This document shows positions 23,390-27,284 of a stretch of DNA of 27,284 nucleotides, one piece after another. Numbering within the stretch: the first letter of the stretch is position 1; each line of letters starts with the position of its first letter. The stretch comes from Octopus sinensis. Taxonomy: Eukaryota. A model generated the notes under the pieces. That model ran no database searches, was not told the DNA's origin, and saw only the letters and a program-made list of their open reading frames with translations. Both the position numbers and the translations under genes were made by a program. Location of the stretch: NCBI RefSeq assembly GCF_006345805.1, contig NW_021832887.1:1-27284 (forward strand), written 5' to 3'.

Positions 23390-24062
23390 TGTATGTATAC
23401 GTGTGTATGAATATGTTTCTGTATGTGTGTGTGTGTGTGTGAGTGTGTGTGTGTGTGTGTGTGTGTTTGTATGTGTTTGGGGGTGTGTTTTCTCTGTGTG
23501 TGTGTGTGTGTGTGTGTGTGAGTGTGTGTGTGTGTGTGTGTTTGTATGTGTTTGTGTCTGTGTGTGTTTGTGTGTGTGTGTGTTTGTATGTGTGTGTGTG
23601 TGTGTGTGTGTTTGTATGTGTTTGTGTCTGTGTGTGTTTGTATGTGTGTGTGTGTGTGTGTGTTTGTATGTGTCTTGTGTGTTTGTGTTTGTTGTGTGTG
23701 TGTGTGTGTGTGTTTGTATGTGTTTGTGGTCGTGTTTGTTTGTGTGTGTGTGTTTGTATGTGTGTGTGTGTGTGTGTTTGTATGTGTTTGGTGTGCGTGT
23801 GTGTTTGTATGTGTTTGTGTGTGTGTTTGTATGTGTGTGTTTGTGTGGGTGTGTGTGTGTGTTTGTGTGTGGTGGTGTGTGTTTGTGTGTGTGTGTGTGT
23901 GTTTGTATGGTTTGTGTGTGCGTGTGTGTTTGTATGTGTGTGTGTAGTGTGTGGTGTGTGTGTTTGTATGTGTTTGTGTGTGCGTGTGTGTTTGTATGTG
24001 TTGTGTCTGTGTGTGTTTGTGTGTGGTGTGTGTTGTGTGTGTGTGTGTGTGTGAGTGCTTGT
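23390..24062. repeat. Long (TG)n array with recurrent tttgtatg interruptions
   Basis: Directly visible, ends ~50 nt upstream of the exon 5 acceptor. Confidence 0.95.
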
Positions 24063-24114
24063 GTATGATTGTCTGCCATATTGTTCAATAAATATATTTT
24101 CTTCTTTCTCCCAG

Positions 24115-24912
24115 GCTGCAACGGCAAGTTCAAAAATTCAGATGGATGCACGGCTCGCATGATGGCCAAAGAGTGTGGAAACAAACAAGCAGCAAAAGAA
24201 TGTAAGAAGGGAGAGAAACTGCATGGTAAAAGCGGAAAAGGTTCCGAAAAATTTGTTATAAAATTCCACGACTGGGCTTATGTTAATCTAGAAAAAATAA
24301 GAGCCGCTTTAGCCAAGTACGATACCCATAAAAATGGGGTTATACCAGCAGTCTACTTAAGAAGAGTGGTGCTGTCTTTAGACGCGCCCATTTCTTACGA
24401 ACATTTGGAAACAATTAGCAAGCCGCTGGAGAAAGCTGGATCTATTAACGCGAAAGATTTCCTGGCCGGTAAGAAATACATGAAAAAGGTTTTCCAACAA
24501 TCGTCTTACCTTCCGAAAGAAAAGAAAGCCAAAAGGGAGCGTCCAGGTAAAATGGGGAAATTCAAACTACCCATGGCCATATGCACGAATTCGAGCCCTA
24601 GGCGGACAGGAGTAAGCAAGCACCGATTGATTATATTGAATTTATTCTTGTGTAACAGATACAAACGGTTCGATCGCGACATGCCACCGAATCATCCGAT
24701 GCAGGATGATTCGTATTGGTACGTCCAAGTGCCGGACGTCACCTACACAAATTAATGAAGCTGTTCGATCCAATGATGAGAAGTCGCTGAAACCGCCTTC
24801 GATCTAGGCACCCCCGGTCGACACGAAAGACAAATATTTCAAAACGCCGTTGATGGTTGCTGCTTCACAAGGAGGAACGTAGATCTGGTTTAAAATGCTT
24901 TCTTGAGAAACG
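24115..24912 (+). CDS. ANKEF1: ANKEF1-like coding exon 5 (EF-hand-like region, lysine-rich linker, start of C-terminal ankyrins), frameshifted in its 3' part as assembled
   Basis: Acceptor CCCAG 24110-24114, phase 1; motifs FHDW, RFDRDMPPNHPMQDDSYWY and, in shifted frames, INEAVRSND / GTPVDTKDKYFKTPLMVAASQG / NVDLV / LEK; donor CG|GTAAGC at 24913. Confidence 0.9.
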
Positions 24913-25288
24913 GTAAGCAAAAGCTTTATTATGAGTCCAATAAGTTATACATCAATTTTCTATCAACGGAGGGTCAGTCTAATCAACTTACTCCTTTACT
25001 ATAGCTTTACTAAGATCTTTGTCATTTACCGACAGATTAAAAAATAATTTTTTGTAACTAAACACTTTCCATCTTCGGACACGTAGAATGTGTCATATAA
25101 AACATCTTTTACTCTTGGCATTTTCTGAGAAAAACTTATATTTACGAAGTTATTTCACGTTAAAGTAGTCCTATTTCGGTAATTTCAACCAATCAATGAC
25201 GTGTTTTCAGCTGAATAAAATTACTGCTGTTGTTTGTCAATAATAACTATTGGTGGTGTATATTTCGTTTGTCACTGTTATTTATGGC

Positions 25289-25386
25289 AACCCTAATCCT
25301 AAAACCCTCACCCTAACCCTAACCCTAAAACCTTAACCCTAAAACCCTAACCCTAAAACCCTAACCCTAAAACCCTAACCCTAAAA
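25289..25386 (-). repeat. Interstitial telomere-like array (CCCTAA/CCCTAAAA)n
   Basis: Directly visible; 14-nt higher-order unit ccctaaccctaaaa. Confidence 0.9.
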
Positions 25387-25409
25387 CAACTATCATACAT
25401 GTATGATGA

Positions 25410-25890
25410 CTATCATACATGTTCTTTGTTTTTCATTCACCACAACAATGTCCGGTTTCCGATGTCTCGTCAGGTGATCGCACTGAATCATTGTATCCCA
25501 CAGGATTTTCCAATTCTCATTCTCAGTGACTCCTTCTGAGGTTTTCTCATATTACGTGTTTGCTCTTTGTAGGCCGTGGAGCTCCCAATGGATCATTCTT
25601 GCCACATTGTCATGGCGTCTTTTCTATTCGCGTTGTGCCAATTTCGGACATTCGCTAATGATGTGCCATACCGTTTCACCCCTCTCACCACACATTCTGC
25701 ATTTGTCGTTATCGGTAGTGTTGTCTATTCTGCACTTTACATTGTTGGTCCTTAATACTTGTCCTTGAGCTGCGCATATAAGTGTTTCTGTCTTTATCTT
25801 CAGGTCACTCACCCTCATCCATAGCCACCGCTTTTCTGTATCTGTCATGGCATTCATATCTCTTGTAAGCTGTCCATATATTTTTCTTTC
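25410..25890 (-). mobile_element. Dead non-LTR retrotransposon fragment, RLE clade (R4/Dong/NeSL-like): CCHC knuckle and PD..D endonuclease
   Basis: Minus translation ...LICAAQGQVLRTN...KCRMCGERGETVWHIISECPKLAQRE*KRRHDNVARMIHW...ILWD...RKPDIVVVNEKQRTCMI; two in-frame stops. Confidence 0.85.
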
Positions 25891-25929
25891 CGTGTTGTTT
25901 CTTTATTATTGTTGTTGTTGTTGTTGTTA

Positions 25930-26080
25930 TAAGGCAGCAAAATCCTTAGCAGCATTTCGTCCGTCTTTACGTTCTGAATTCAAATTTGGGGTTGATAAAC
26001 TAAGTACCAGTAAAACACTGGGGTCAATGTAGTCGACGAGTCCCCTACCCCAAATCTCAGGCCTTGTGCCTATATTAGAG
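25930..26080 (+). mobile_element. SINE family B, diverged
   Basis: Head and taagtaccag...gggtcaatgta motifs. Confidence 0.75.
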
Positions 26081-26127
26081 GGGATTATTGCTATTATTAT
26101 TATTATTTTATTATTATTATTATTATT

Positions 26128-26700
26128 AATTGAGAGAGCAGTGCATGCCATCAAAGTGACACTGGGATAAGATATACGAAGCCCTGTATACCCATCATGA
26201 CTACCCGTCTGATAAGGCTACACCAGGCACATGCATCACAACCATATGTGCGCGACATGGGGATCTCATATCAAGATGTACAGCGCATGACCTTGCAGAT
26301 AGGGCCCAGGTAGAATTTTCTTCTGGTCGAGTAGCCCATCCCACTCAAAAGGTACCTGAATAAGGGTTGTTTAAGGATGTTGAATGAAACACTCATATTT
26401 CCAAAGGTGAATTATCCAAACCCCCAAGAATTCCTTTCAACACACGGCTATGAGGCTCCCCCACTACTTCTGCTCGTGATCAGAGATGCTCATATCGTCA
26501 GCCACTAAGGGACATAGTCAACTGGTTAAGGTCAAACAACTGACAAGCAAATCTGTGGTATTGAGCAGAATATTTGCTGTAGCCCATCTTTTATACCAAG
26601 ACAAAACAATGTACATGATAACACTTCCAATCAGTTAAGATCAGAAGCCATGAGAGCCACTGCCTGTTACTGCATCAGGACATTGTACTTTTACTGCATC
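26128..26700 (-). mobile_element. Retroposon 3'-type repeat embedded in (TAA)n
   Basis: Flanked by (ATT)n on both sides; recalled as an abundant Octopus repeat; no ORF. Confidence 0.5.
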
Positions 26701-26726
26701 AGCATATTTATTATTATTATTATTGT

Positions 26727-26942
26727 GGTGGTGAGCTGCCAGAATCATAAGCATGCTGGACGAAATGCTTAGTGGCATTGCGTCTGTCCTTACGTTCCGA
26801 ACTCAAATTCCGCCGAGGTCGACTTTGCCTTTCATCCGTTTAGTGTCGATAAAATAAGTACCATTGGGACGCTGGGGTCGATGTAATTGACTAGACCCCC
26901 TCCCCTAAAATTCAGGCCTTGTGCCTTTGGTAGAAAGGATAT
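26727..26942 (+). mobile_element. SINE family B
   Basis: Head and gaggtcgactttgcctttcatcc motif. Confidence 0.85.
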
Positions 26943-26982
26943 TATGTTGTTGTTGTTGTTGTGTTGTTGTTGTTGTTGTTAT

Positions 26983-27284
26983 TAGCGGGCGAAATGCTTA
27001 GCGGTATTTCGTCTGCCGCTACGTTCAGAGTTCAAATTCTGCCGAGGTCGACTTTGCCTTTCATCCTTTTGGGGTCGATTAAATAAGTGCCAGTTATGCA
27101 CTGGGGTCGATATAATCGACTTAATCCGCTTGTCTGTCCTTGTTCGTTCCCTCTGCGTTTAGCCCCTTGTGGGTAATAAAGAAATAGGTATTCGTCTGCC
27201 GTTACGTTCTGGGTTCAATTCCGCCGAGGTCTGTCCTTGTTCGTTCCCTCTGCGTTTAGCCCCTTGTGGGTAGTAAAGAAATAG
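26983..27284 (+). mobile_element. SINE family B, tandem copy running to the window end
   Basis: Body followed by an internally deleted second body. Confidence 0.85.

Noticed and set aside
24612-24658. Apparent 47-nt intron GTAAGC...TAACAG inside exon 5
   Set aside because: Very short; removing it shifts the frame to a stop; and its sequence encodes the conserved IEFYSCVTD segment in shifted frames.
25289-25386. True chromosome end
   Set aside because: Short, degenerate, and inside an intron with ordinary sequence on both sides.

Overview
Eukaryotic, AT-rich, microsatellite- and SINE-dense genomic window. The repeat repertoire looks like Octopus or another coleoid; that is recognition from memory, not a search. 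The only well-supported gene is a + strand ankyrin-repeat/EF-hand gene matching ANKEF1. It has five coding exons (5791-5826, 10580-10889, 13824-14023, 15877-16150, 24115-24912) with GT-AG sites and compatible phases (0,1,0,1), and it continues past the window end. The last ~310 nt of exon 5 carry about nine small indels, most likely a local consensus error. The introns hold several tRNA-derived SINE families, two Helitron-type elements (one nested in a piggyBac-type MITE), Tc1/mariner-type fold-back MITEs, a dead RLE-clade LINE fragment next to a telomere-like array, and long simple repeats. The most notable finding is three distinct repeat families carrying Penelope-type minimal hammerhead ribozyme folds. 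One family has a non-canonical CUGUNGA core in all three copies. Another copy lies sense to the pre-mRNA and has a 93-nt stem II insert. Nearly all other ORF-track entries are microsatellite artefacts.
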